This document shows, piece after piece, positions 44,116 through 52,868 of a stretch of 64,000 nt of DNA. Source of the stretch: a candidate division TM6 bacterium GW2011_GWF2_32_72. Its GTDB lineage: Bacteria > Babelota > Babeliae > Babelales > CAIQNR01. Position 1 is the stretch's first letter. Each line of letters starts with the position of its first letter. A program made the translations under genes and the position numbers. The notes beneath the pieces are model-generated. The model was not told the DNA's origin. It worked only from the letters and a program-made list of their open reading frames with translations, and made no database searches. Location of the stretch: positions 33,342-97,341 of the forward strand of contig CAMCVM010000003.1 of assembly GCA_945882015.1 (NCBI GenBank), in the 5' to 3' direction.

Positions 44116-45381
44116 TTAGAATTTCCAGGTGATATTTAAGCCAGCATTACCACCAATTGTGTTGGTGTTGAAAATTCTTTTACCAGCAACCGGGTGATTG
44201 TAGAAAATACCAAGTTTTGGGTTCCAGCATTGGCCTTCTTGTGCAAAATCATATTCTGCTGCAACACTAACAGTATGCATTCTCCATTTTTTCAGCATTT
44301 CATCAGAATTTACAATTAAGTCTGTAAATACATCAGTATCTTCAACAGCAAGTGTTGTGTCTTCTTGTGCTGTGTAGTTATAGCCAACCATTAAAGAAAA
44401 ACCACCAAAAATATGGTCAGCTTTTACATAGGTTCCGATATCCCACAAGTTGCCCAAGTCTTCCCGTGCTTTTCCGCTTGCTAATTTGATAAAACCATTT
44501 TGGTCAGCATGAGTTTTCATTCTTGCATGCACATCGTGCTTTAAGAAGAACTGTCCACCAACATGTGCACCAAAGGTAAACCAGTCATATAATCCTAAAG
44601 CCATATCAAATGACAATGGAATTCCAACGTGTCCGTTGTATCCACCAGGGATTGAAAATGCGTGAGTTGATTTGCGTTCACGTGCTGTTGGGATAGAAAG
44701 ACCAGATTTAATGGTTACATCAAGGAAATCTAAGTAATCAATTGTGTCGTTGTTGTAAGTCCAACCCCCATAAACTACTATATCACCAATATTAGTTTCT
44801 TTAGTTGCAGCCTTTGATACACCATGACGAGTCAAAATGTTATCAAAGCGAGCTAAAAATTGAGTCCATTCAGCAGAGTTAATGTTAGGTAATCCTGTTG
44901 AAGGTGAAATATCGGTAAATGCAACATTTGAAACTTCAAGTCTATGAACTGGAAGTACTACTTGTGCAAAAAATCCATTACAGAAATTTTGAGTTAACGT
45001 TACATCAACACCAAGATATTTGAATTTTCCACTAAATTGTACTTTACCAAAATTTCCGTTATTTGGTTGAGCCATCAAGTTGATTAAGATTGCATCATCA
45101 ATATTCAGAGGGTCAAGGTTTTGAATGCCTTCACCTAAACGATGCATATTGTGAGCGCCATAGATGTTTAAAAGATCAGTTTTGTTTTTGTCACCATTAC
45201 GACCATTCTTTGTGCTTCCTCCCATTACAGAAACGTCAACTGACGAAAGACAGTTGCGGTCAAAGCGTGGCTCACTGTGATAGTCAGCTGCTCTGTAATG
45301 AAAACGGTAACCCAACGCTGAGGCTGGTACCATCAGGAGGGCAAGAACAAAGAAGGCATGAGAAACGAACGTCTTCTTCAT
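44116..45381 (-). CDS. outer-membrane beta-barrel protein (porin-like), paralog of 39831-41081
   Basis: About 421 aa from ATG 45381 (AAGGAA RBS). Signal is MKKTFVSHAFFVLALLMVPASALG. It ends NAGLNITWKF. Blocks shared with its paralog include NIYG.H.MH..G, F.GK, W.QF.A.FD.IL, GD..V..GWT, DYLD.T.K.G, QNGFIKLA and K.W.MH.V.V.AE.DFA. Confidence 0.7.
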   Translation of the reverse strand: MKKTFVSHAFFVLALLMVPASALGYRFHYRAADYHSEPRFDRNCLSSVDVSVMGGSTKNGRNGDKNKTDLLNIYGAHNMHRLGEGIQNLDPLNIDDAILINLMAQPNNGNFGKVQFSGKFKYLGVDVTLTQNFCNGFFAQVVLPVHRLEVSNVAFTDISPSTGLPNINSAEWTQFLARFDNILTRHGVSKAATKETNIGDIVVYGGWTYNNDTIDYLDFLDVTIKSGLSIPTARERKSTHAFSIPGGYNGHVGIPLSFDMALGLYDWFTFGAHVGGQFFLKHDVHARMKTHADQNGFIKLASGKAREDLGNLWDIGTYVKADHIFGGFSLMVGYNYTAQEDTTLAVEDTDVFTDLIVNSDEMLKKWRMHTVSVAAEYDFAQEGQCWNPKLGIFYNHPVAGKRIFNTNTIGGNAGLNITWKF

Positions 45382-45580
45382 ACACACTTCCTTTTTTTTG
45401 TGGTTGAATATTTCTTCACACGTACTGGATTAGACCTAAATAATTATAAAGGAAAAGTAAAGCCTTTTTTTAAGAGGCTCGTTTTTACTTGGTTGAAGTT
45501 AGTTACTTGTTGCCCCTTTTGACCTGTGTTATACTACCTTTATCAATTTTATAAAATTCTTTAAGTAGGTATAAAAAATT

Positions 45581-46108
45581 ATGAGTAATCATTTAGATCA
45601 AGATGGATTTCCTGAATTAGATTCAGAAATGGCACAATCAGAGCATAATAATAAAGAACAATCAGACGCGTGTCAGGTTGAACTTACAGCAATTAAAGAA
45701 CAGTTGGTACGTTTAGGAGCTGATTTTCAGAACTATAAAAAGCGTATTGAACGGGACAAGTCTGAATGGTATCAAACTGCTCAAACTCAGTTATTGTTAG
45801 ACCTGTTACCAGTTATTGATGATTTTGACAGAGCTATGCAAGAATCAAAAAAGGGTGAAGTTTCTTCAGAAATAACACAATGGCTTGCGGGCTTTGCGTT
45901 AATTTATAAAGCATTAACTGAATTTTTAAAGCAACGTTCTGTCAAGGAAATTGACCAAGTTACCACTTTTGACCCAGAGTTGCATGAAGCGTTGATGCAA
46001 GTTGATTCACCAGAACATAAGACTGATGAGATTGTGCAAGTTTTACAACGTGGTTTTATGTTTAATGGTAAAGTTTTAAGACCAGCCAAAGTGAGTGTTG
46101 CTAAGTAA
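45581..46108 (+). CDS. grpE: nucleotide exchange factor GrpE
   Basis: 175 aa. LRLGADFQNYKKRIERDK and the C-terminal beta-domain pattern HEALMQV...VLQRGFMFNGKVLRPAKV match GrpE. No dnaK follows. Confidence 0.9.
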   Translation: MSNHLDQDGFPELDSEMAQSEHNNKEQSDACQVELTAIKEQLVRLGADFQNYKKRIERDKSEWYQTAQTQLLLDLLPVIDDFDRAMQESKKGEVSSEITQWLAGFALIYKALTEFLKQRSVKEIDQVTTFDPELHEALMQVDSPEHKTDEIVQVLQRGFMFNGKVLRPAKVSVAK

Positions 46109-46151
46109 TTTTTAGGTCGTTTGCAGACCCAAGCATAGTACTATTTTTGTT

Positions 46152-46504
46152 CGCCCTCTGCGGGCGTTGCACCAAAGGGATGTTTGTGCACCCCTCTGGA
46201 CTCAGCACATTAGGGGGTACCCCTTAAAACCCCTGACGCTCTGATTCACTTCTGGCCCTTTATTACATTGCACACAATGTAATACGGTTGCATCCGATCA
46301 ACAGAGCTAATACAGAGCTATCATTATTAATTAAAGAGATACTTTAGCGCAAATTATCTGAGACGTGCAGCCGTGCGCAGCAAAGGCGAGCGCGAACCGA
46401 AGGGAATTATAATTTGCAAAGGGTTCTAAGGGATTTATCCCTGGCACCTGGATTGTAAAGGTGGTTGGTGATAACCGCCTTTACCGCAACGCCTGCGTAA
46501 GGCG
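46152..46504 (-). repeat. GC-rich hairpin-dense repeat element, copy B (inverted relative to copy A)
   Basis: 46152-46249 is the reverse complement of 34961-35056 with 2-3 differences. 46342-46504 is the reverse complement of 34679-34844 at roughly 88% identity by eye. The centre has diverged with indels. Confidence 0.85.
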
Positions 46505-46560
46505 CTCATAAATAATGTTAGAAATTATGATGTTAGAAGCAAGAATGAGGATAGGGAATA

Positions 46561-46679
46561 AATATAATCCTGGACCCTTCAGCCTACGTTAAAACTACGG
46601 CTGACAGGCACGCTAAGCTTTCATATGCTCGTGCGCCATAGCCTTGGCGACGGTGGAACACTGCGTTCAGGATTATATT
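46561..46679. repeat. 119-bp GC-rich element bounded by a perfect 12-bp inverted repeat
   Basis: AATATAATCCTG (46561-46572) pairs with CAGGATTATATT (46668-46679). A related left end (AATATAATCTTGGACCTTCA) occurs at 35120-35139. The element lies 28 nt 3' of the minus-strand gene ending at 46708. Confidence 0.7.
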
Positions 46680-46707
46680 GAAAAAACGCTATCGACCGCG
46701 TAGATCG

Positions 46708-47775
46708 TTATTTAAACAAGCCAAGTAAAACTTCAATAAAAATCAAAATAATAACTAATACAGAAAGGATGTCTTCTCTGATAGAGTTGACCTTGCTTTG
46801 ATAAATAGTTCTGATTTCACGAACAATAGAAAGCTTTTTTTCAACCGATTCACGAAGTTCATTCAGTTCTAGTTTTTCGGCAAGTAGGTCATAAATTTCA
46901 GAATAATACACTTCGCCCACTGTTTTGATAGAGCTTCCCAAACGTTCGGTAATCACAGAAATATCAACTTTTAATTTTGAAAGTTCACCAATTGGGTCGT
47001 ACATAGTCCCAATGAATGGTAAACAGTTTTTAAATGAAGGTTGTTGTAAAATGCCATTATACACTTCATCAAGTTTGCGATCTAACAGATGGTTAAAGTA
47101 ACGCAGTTCAAGTTGTTGTGTTATAGCAAGTTCAAAGAAATCTAATAAATCATGTGCTTGATGGTCATAAGCAAATGCAGCTTCGGTATCGATAATCACT
47201 AAATCGTCACGGTAATAACCGGTAGCTGATTCTAAAATATCTTCTACTTGGTATGAAGATATATTGGTCTTTTCAAAACGAAGTGTTGAAGCAATCAGTC
47301 CACCATATTCTTCACGTAGTTTTTGAGCCGGAACTTTTGCGTCAGGATTAATCGTCATGACCAGATAAGCATTACGTTGATGAAAGAATTTTGGCTGGCC
47401 AATATTTTTTTCGATCTTTTTAAAAATTTGATGCGCATCAGCTACACTTTGTTTTTGGTATTGTGCATCAACATCATTTAATGTATTGCGTAATGAAGTT
47501 AAGGTTCCGGTAAATGCAACAGGATAGATCATTGAAAGTGCACCGTAATGATGCAAATTGATATGTTTTGCTTTAATAAAAGTTTCTGAATGGGTTACAT
47601 CAATTAATAACGGCTTGTGATAACTTTTTAGATATTTTGGCCAGTCCCGTTGTAATGTTCTAATTGAAGGGCATTTGCGTACCGCATCAAGATTAATATC
47701 ATCACCAATGTCAAATGCGTAGACTAAATAAATAACCCCAGAAAATATATGCTCTTCAGAGCTGTTTGATTGCAT
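46708..47775 (-). CDS. hypothetical protein with a C-terminal TM helix, possibly RMD1/DUF155 (YagE) family
   Basis: 355 aa. The overall pattern (soluble N-domain, helical ..QQLELRYFNHLLDRKLDEV.., KKLSIVREIRTIYQSKVNSIREDILSVLVIILIFIEVLLGLF) resembles DUF155. The call is by eye only. Confidence 0.4.
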   Translation of the reverse strand: MQSNSSEEHIFSGVIYLVYAFDIGDDINLDAVRKCPSIRTLQRDWPKYLKSYHKPLLIDVTHSETFIKAKHINLHHYGALSMIYPVAFTGTLTSLRNTLNDVDAQYQKQSVADAHQIFKKIEKNIGQPKFFHQRNAYLVMTINPDAKVPAQKLREEYGGLIASTLRFEKTNISSYQVEDILESATGYYRDDLVIIDTEAAFAYDHQAHDLLDFFELAITQQLELRYFNHLLDRKLDEVYNGILQQPSFKNCLPFIGTMYDPIGELSKLKVDISVITERLGSSIKTVGEVYYSEIYDLLAEKLELNELRESVEKKLSIVREIRTIYQSKVNSIREDILSVLVIILIFIEVLLGLFK

Positions 47776-47784
47776 TGTGTTCCT

Positions 47785-49011
47785 TTATTTTCCAAATGGT
47801 AGCAAGTTTACCATAAACTGCCAGCATGATAAGAAAAAGTTTGTAATTTTTTGAGAGACCGTTTCAAAGAAGGTCAGCTCTGGTTGCGGTTTTGGTTGTT
47901 CAATTGTAACCGGTTCTTCGGGACCGGCAAGTACAACTTTTAAGCTGGACGTTCTATCTGTTACTTTTTGATGTTGTAATGGCTCTGGTGTTGCAATAAT
48001 TTGTTTGCGCGGTTGATTACTTGGTTCTGGAACGCGATTTTCTGTTTGCGTAATTTTTCCGGTTCCTTCAGAAATCAGCGCTTGTCGTTCTTCAAATGTT
48101 GCCGCTTTAACTTGTGCTTTTGGGGTTTGTGTTGCAAAGGCAGTTTTGTCACCAGTTGAACCGCCAACAGCCTTTGGTTGTTGTTGCGCACGAGGAGTTT
48201 GCTGATAATCTTGCATTGGGTAATAATTTGGATAACCAGGGTACGGCTGACCTTGTTGTGGATTATTTAAAACAGGAGCATCTTTTTTTGATTCTGTTTT
48301 GTTATCTCTTGATTGCTTGTCTTTGTGTTGTTCTAATAATCGTGGATCATATAACGCTGGATGATTTCTTTCTTTATCTTTTTTCTTATCTTCTTTTTCG
48401 TTTTTATTCAGTGGTTCTTCTGCTTTTTTATGAGCGTCTTCCGGTCCATTTGGTCCACCTGACCCATTGGGTCCGTTGGGTTGATCAGGTGGTGTTGGCC
48501 CGTTAGGTTGATTTGGTGTAGGCATTGCAGGAGCTTTAGTTTGACCGTGTTGATTAGCTGGCTGCCGGGTAGCCATATTTTGTGCCTTAGGTTGCAAGAT
48601 TTGAGTGATTGCTTCACGTAATGCTCCTGTTTGTCGTTCATCAAGATTAAATTGGATATTTGATGGTGAAGCATGCAACGTTACAACAACCCCTGATTGA
48701 TTCTGTTCAAGAGTAATATTGGTTATTTTTTGCTCATCTAAAATACGATTAATGTTTTTAAAAACAGACAAATCAGGGCCATTTGATTGTTGAGCAGTTT
48801 CGGCTAAAACTTTAAATGCATCGCGGACCAGTTTTTGTTCATCAGGTTGTTCTTGAAATGCTGGTTCTACTTGAGTTGCTTTATCAGCTAGAGTTTCCAT
48901 TTCTGGTAAAGGTACTTCAATATAATCTTCATTTTCAGCCGCAGCACTCTTTAAACCAGTACATAGAATAAGCAGCAGTGATAACAGATACATTTTTTTT
49001 ATTTTTAACAT
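47785..49011 (-). CDS. secreted Pro/Gln/Asn-rich low-complexity protein
   Basis: 408 aa with a signal peptide and a long PNQPNGPTPPDQPNGPNGSGGPNGP / QQGQPYPGYPNYYP region. Its stop lies 9 nt upstream of the next gene, so they probably form an operon. Confidence 0.65.
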   Translation of the reverse strand: MLKIKKMYLLSLLLILCTGLKSAAAENEDYIEVPLPEMETLADKATQVEPAFQEQPDEQKLVRDAFKVLAETAQQSNGPDLSVFKNINRILDEQKITNITLEQNQSGVVVTLHASPSNIQFNLDERQTGALREAITQILQPKAQNMATRQPANQHGQTKAPAMPTPNQPNGPTPPDQPNGPNGSGGPNGPEDAHKKAEEPLNKNEKEDKKKDKERNHPALYDPRLLEQHKDKQSRDNKTESKKDAPVLNNPQQGQPYPGYPNYYPMQDYQQTPRAQQQPKAVGGSTGDKTAFATQTPKAQVKAATFEERQALISEGTGKITQTENRVPEPSNQPRKQIIATPEPLQHQKVTDRTSSLKVVLAGPEEPVTIEQPKPQPELTFFETVSQKITNFFLSCWQFMVNLLPFGK

Positions 49012-49271
49012 TGCTCAATCTCCATCCATTTATTGATTATCTTGTTTAAGTATACCAAAAATAGGGTTGATTATCCAAACACTCTTTTAGTTTAAGCTTA
49101 ATATTAAAAAAATTAAAGTGAGAGAACGTACTGACCTTTAGTCAAAAGAGTTAAAAAGTTCTTTAATCAAAAAACAAGCTTAATTATTAATATTTAATTT
49201 GAAATATTGAATTATTGCTTTAAGAGTAATTATTATTAGTAGTAAGAAATTTTAATTATTGTAAGGATGTT

Positions 49272-50837
49272 ATGAAAAATAAACTTTTTTTAAGATTATT
49301 CTTTTTAGGGGCAATAGTAAGCGCAATTTTTGTAAATGCTTTTTCTATGCAGCACAAGCCTGCAAAAATAAAGCGACAAGTAGGTTTTTTAGATGAAATT
49401 GGATTGACCGATTTTGAAAAAAAAGTTCCAGGTTATTTTTTGCAAGATCGTTTATCTCGATTTTTAGGAGCAATAAGTGCAGACTCAGATACCTTTTATG
49501 AATTAAACAGTCCTTTTTTGCCATTAAATGTTAAAATTGAACTGATAAGTTTTTTGTTGACCAAAGAGCCTTTTTTTTCATTAGATACTCTTTTATCTAA
49601 AATGGTAGAAGCAACTAATCTATCGACTGGTGCTCAACATTATAGATTTAAAGATCCGTTTCAAAATCCACTTCAAGAGCTTTATAAGTATATTCAGCCT
49701 TCTAGAGGGCCAAAAATAATACTTAACAGAGCTTTGGTAGATAGTTATAAAGAAGAGCTTGAAAACTTTTTAGCAAGATTCTTAGCGCTGAAAAAACAGT
49801 TAGAACAAGAGAGTCCAGAACAAAGACAAAGAAGATTGCAGAGTGAAAAAGATAGGCAAAAAGCTCAAAAACAACAAATTGAAAAAGCAGGTGAACAGTC
49901 TGAAGTTCAAGGAAAAGTAGAGCAGCAAAAAGCCCAAGATGAAGAAGTTCAAGGATCATCTGATACCGAAAGTTTAGAGAGTGATAGTTCTAAAGAAAAA
50001 CAATCGAGTGATCCAGAATCTATTGCTAGTCCCGCTGTTTCTAGAAGTAAATCTAAACGACGTCGTAGATCTAAACAAAGTGCTCGTGCAGCAAATTCAG
50101 ATCAATCAGAAACTGTTGTTGCTTCTGCTGCTGCAAGCTCTCTTGAGCCAGCTGTTTTTACCTTGCCTGAAGGCATGTTGCAGGTACCTTTTTACAAGTC
50201 AGACGCTTTACAAGAATGGAATCGTCTTTTTATGTATCTGGCTACTCTAAAACCGATTGATTTTAGAGGGTTTCCATTACAAGAAAACCGATTCTTGCAA
50301 GAACAAGGGTATTTTGAAAATCCTGAAACTGTAAAGGATAATAAAGCTAAGCAGTCCCGTGCGGCATTGTATCAAAGATTATTAAGAACAAAATTTACAG
50401 ATGATGAAATATTTTTACGCCTTTCTTTTGTACATAGTATTCCAGATGAACTAACCACGCTTGTATTAAGTATGTTTTATGAAACATTAGCAAGTGATGA
50501 AGCTGTCAAAGCAAAAACAATTACTATCAACATACCAATTGCATTAAGATTCGGGGATAAATCTTATGAAGCATTTAATTATACATTGATAGCTTCATGT
50601 AATAAATCCAATCATTATTTTATTTTTCATGAACTCTTATATCAAAATCAAAGATATTTTCAAAAATTAGATATTAAACTTAAAAGCAATTATTCTGAAA
50701 TCAACCCTCGTTTTGAATTTAAAATTGATAAAAGAAATGAAAATTATATTTTAAAAGATAGAGCAACAGAACAAGAAATTTTTTATCGAATTAGCCAGGA
50801 TGTTACAAAAGGTACAATTGCAATCGAGGAAAATTAA
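49272..50837 (+). CDS. hypothetical secreted protein with a central charged low-complexity region
   Basis: 521 aa with a signal-like N-terminus and an EQ/K-rich and Ser-rich middle (RSKSKRRRRSKQ). No family was recognised. Confidence 0.65.
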   Translation: MKNKLFLRLFFLGAIVSAIFVNAFSMQHKPAKIKRQVGFLDEIGLTDFEKKVPGYFLQDRLSRFLGAISADSDTFYELNSPFLPLNVKIELISFLLTKEPFFSLDTLLSKMVEATNLSTGAQHYRFKDPFQNPLQELYKYIQPSRGPKIILNRALVDSYKEELENFLARFLALKKQLEQESPEQRQRRLQSEKDRQKAQKQQIEKAGEQSEVQGKVEQQKAQDEEVQGSSDTESLESDSSKEKQSSDPESIASPAVSRSKSKRRRRSKQSARAANSDQSETVVASAAASSLEPAVFTLPEGMLQVPFYKSDALQEWNRLFMYLATLKPIDFRGFPLQENRFLQEQGYFENPETVKDNKAKQSRAALYQRLLRTKFTDDEIFLRLSFVHSIPDELTTLVLSMFYETLASDEAVKAKTITINIPIALRFGDKSYEAFNYTLIASCNKSNHYFIFHELLYQNQRYFQKLDIKLKSNYSEINPRFEFKIDKRNENYILKDRATEQEIFYRISQDVTKGTIAIEEN

Positions 50838-50899
50838 AATTAATAGTTTTTTGTAGCCTGCTACTGTGCTCTGGATGACATCTGGGAAAATCTCGCTTG

Positions 50900-52720
50900 T
50901 TAATCTTTAGTCAAAATAGTTAAAAACGCTTCTTGTGGAACTTCAACGTTACCCACTTGCTTCATACGTTTTTTACCTTTTTTCTGTTTTTCAAGCAATT
51001 TACGTTTACGGGAAATGTCACCACCGTAACATTTTGCAATCACGTTTTTACGCAATGCAGAAACGGTTTCACGGGCTACAATCGTTCCGCCTAAAGCTGC
51101 TTGAATGGCAACTTCAAATAATTGGCGCGGAATGACTTTACGTAATTTTGTAGTCAATTCACGGCCCATTTCATACGCATTTTCTTTGTGAATAATAACA
51201 GAAAGTGCATCAACTGCTTTACCATTGAGTAAGAAATCCATTTTAACCAAATCAGCTGGAGCATACTGCGCAATTTCGTAATCAAACGATGCGTAGCCAG
51301 ATGACAGTGATTTTAATTGATCATAAAAATCGGTAGCAACTTCATTTAAAGGAAGGCGATATTTTAAGATTAATCGTTCTTCGTCTAAATATTTCATCTC
51401 TTTTTGTTCGCCCCGTTTTTCTTGGCACAACTTTAAAATGTTACCTAAATAGTCTTTAGGAACAATAATGGTTGCATCAATAATCGGTTCGTAGACAGTT
51501 TCAATGTAGTTACGCTCTGGAAAATCTGATGGGTTTTCAATCGTGATTTTTTCACCATTGGTTAAATCAAGTTCGTACCGAACGCTTGGCGCAGTAATAA
51601 TAACCGCAAGGTCATATTCTTGCTCAAGCCGTTGTTTGAAAACATCCATATGCAAAAGTCCTAAAAATCCACAACGGAACCCGAGGCCTAAAGCGGGGGA
51701 TGATTTTTTTTCAATAGAAACAGATGCATCATTAAGTGTTAATTTTTCAATTGCATCACGTAGTTGTTCAAATTCTGAATTTTCAACCGGAAAAATTCCT
51801 GCAAAGACCATCGGTTTTGCGGGTTTAAATCCTGGAAAAGGAGTAACAGGTGATTTGGTATGATAGAGCGTATCACCAACACGTGCTTCTTTAACGGTCT
51901 TCATACCGGTGATAATGTAACCAACTTGTCCAGCAAATAAAGCATCAGTTGGAGTCGGTTCTGGGTACATCAGACCAATATCAAGTACTTCATAGTTTCC
52001 GCCAGCTTGTGATAATGAAACTGAATCGCCTTTGGTAATGGTACCGTCATGCACTGCAATTAAACAGATAACACCACGATATTCATCAAACCAAGAATCA
52101 AATAATAATGCTTTAACCGGTTTGTTTAAATCAGCTTTTGGTTGCGGCATGCGCTCAACAATAGCTGCTAAAATTTCTTGAATACCAATGCCTGCTTTTG
52201 CCGAAGCAAGAATCAGTTCTGATGGTTTAAAATCAAAAAGTGTATCAAGCTCGCGACTTACCCGTGGTACGTCAGCGGTTGCCATATCAATTTTATTAAT
52301 AATCGGAACAATGGTTAAATCTTGATCAAAAGCTAAATAGAAGTTTGCCATGGTTTGCGCTTGTACCCCTTGACCTGCGTCAACGAGCAACAACGCACCT
52401 TGGCATGCATACAAAGAACGGGAAACTTCGTAACTAAAATCAACGTGACCAGGAGTATCAATTAAATTGAGTAAATACTGAGTACCTTTGTATTCATAAA
52501 TCATGGAAGCACTTTGTGCCTTGACCGTGATTCCACGTTCTTTTTCAACTTGCAGTTTATCTAAAAACTGTTCGTTTTTGTGACGTGTTGAAAGGGTCCC
52601 AGTAATTTCTAGTAATCGATCTGACAAGGTAGATTTACCATGGTCAATATGCGCGATCACGCAAAAGTTACGAATTCTGTCGGGCGTAAATGTTTTAAGC
52701 AGTTCTTTTGTTATCTTCAT
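50900..52720 (-). CDS. lepA: translation elongation factor 4 (LepA)
   Basis: The start is taken at ATG 52720 (MKITKELL..). GTPase motifs are AHIDHGKST, DTPGHVDF and NKID, followed by the LepA-specific C-terminal domain. Confidence 0.93.
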   Translation of the reverse strand: MKITKELLKTFTPDRIRNFCVIAHIDHGKSTLSDRLLEITGTLSTRHKNEQFLDKLQVEKERGITVKAQSASMIYEYKGTQYLLNLIDTPGHVDFSYEVSRSLYACQGALLLVDAGQGVQAQTMANFYLAFDQDLTIVPIINKIDMATADVPRVSRELDTLFDFKPSELILASAKAGIGIQEILAAIVERMPQPKADLNKPVKALLFDSWFDEYRGVICLIAVHDGTITKGDSVSLSQAGGNYEVLDIGLMYPEPTPTDALFAGQVGYIITGMKTVKEARVGDTLYHTKSPVTPFPGFKPAKPMVFAGIFPVENSEFEQLRDAIEKLTLNDASVSIEKKSSPALGLGFRCGFLGLLHMDVFKQRLEQEYDLAVIITAPSVRYELDLTNGEKITIENPSDFPERNYIETVYEPIIDATIIVPKDYLGNILKLCQEKRGEQKEMKYLDEERLILKYRLPLNEVATDFYDQLKSLSSGYASFDYEIAQYAPADLVKMDFLLNGKAVDALSVIIHKENAYEMGRELTTKLRKVIPRQLFEVAIQAALGGTIVARETVSALRKNVIAKCYGGDISRKRKLLEKQKKGKKRMKQVGNVEVPQEAFLTILTKD

Positions 52721-52868
52721 AAAGTAGTAGTTTAAAAGAACTCTGCCCACTTGTAAAATTTAACTTTTAAAGAGTTGAAGTCTGCATGTTCTTGTCTTAT
52801 TTTGAGCTTCGGGGTATTATACTTTTATCTCACTTTTGATAATTGTTTATAAGTAAAGGGAACGACGT

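Noticed and set aside
45388-45580. I looked for a CIRCE/HrcA operator (TTAGCACTC-N9-GAGTGCTAA) upstream of grpE.
   Set aside because: No such inverted repeat is present, only weak sigma70-like hexamers that I could not place confidently.
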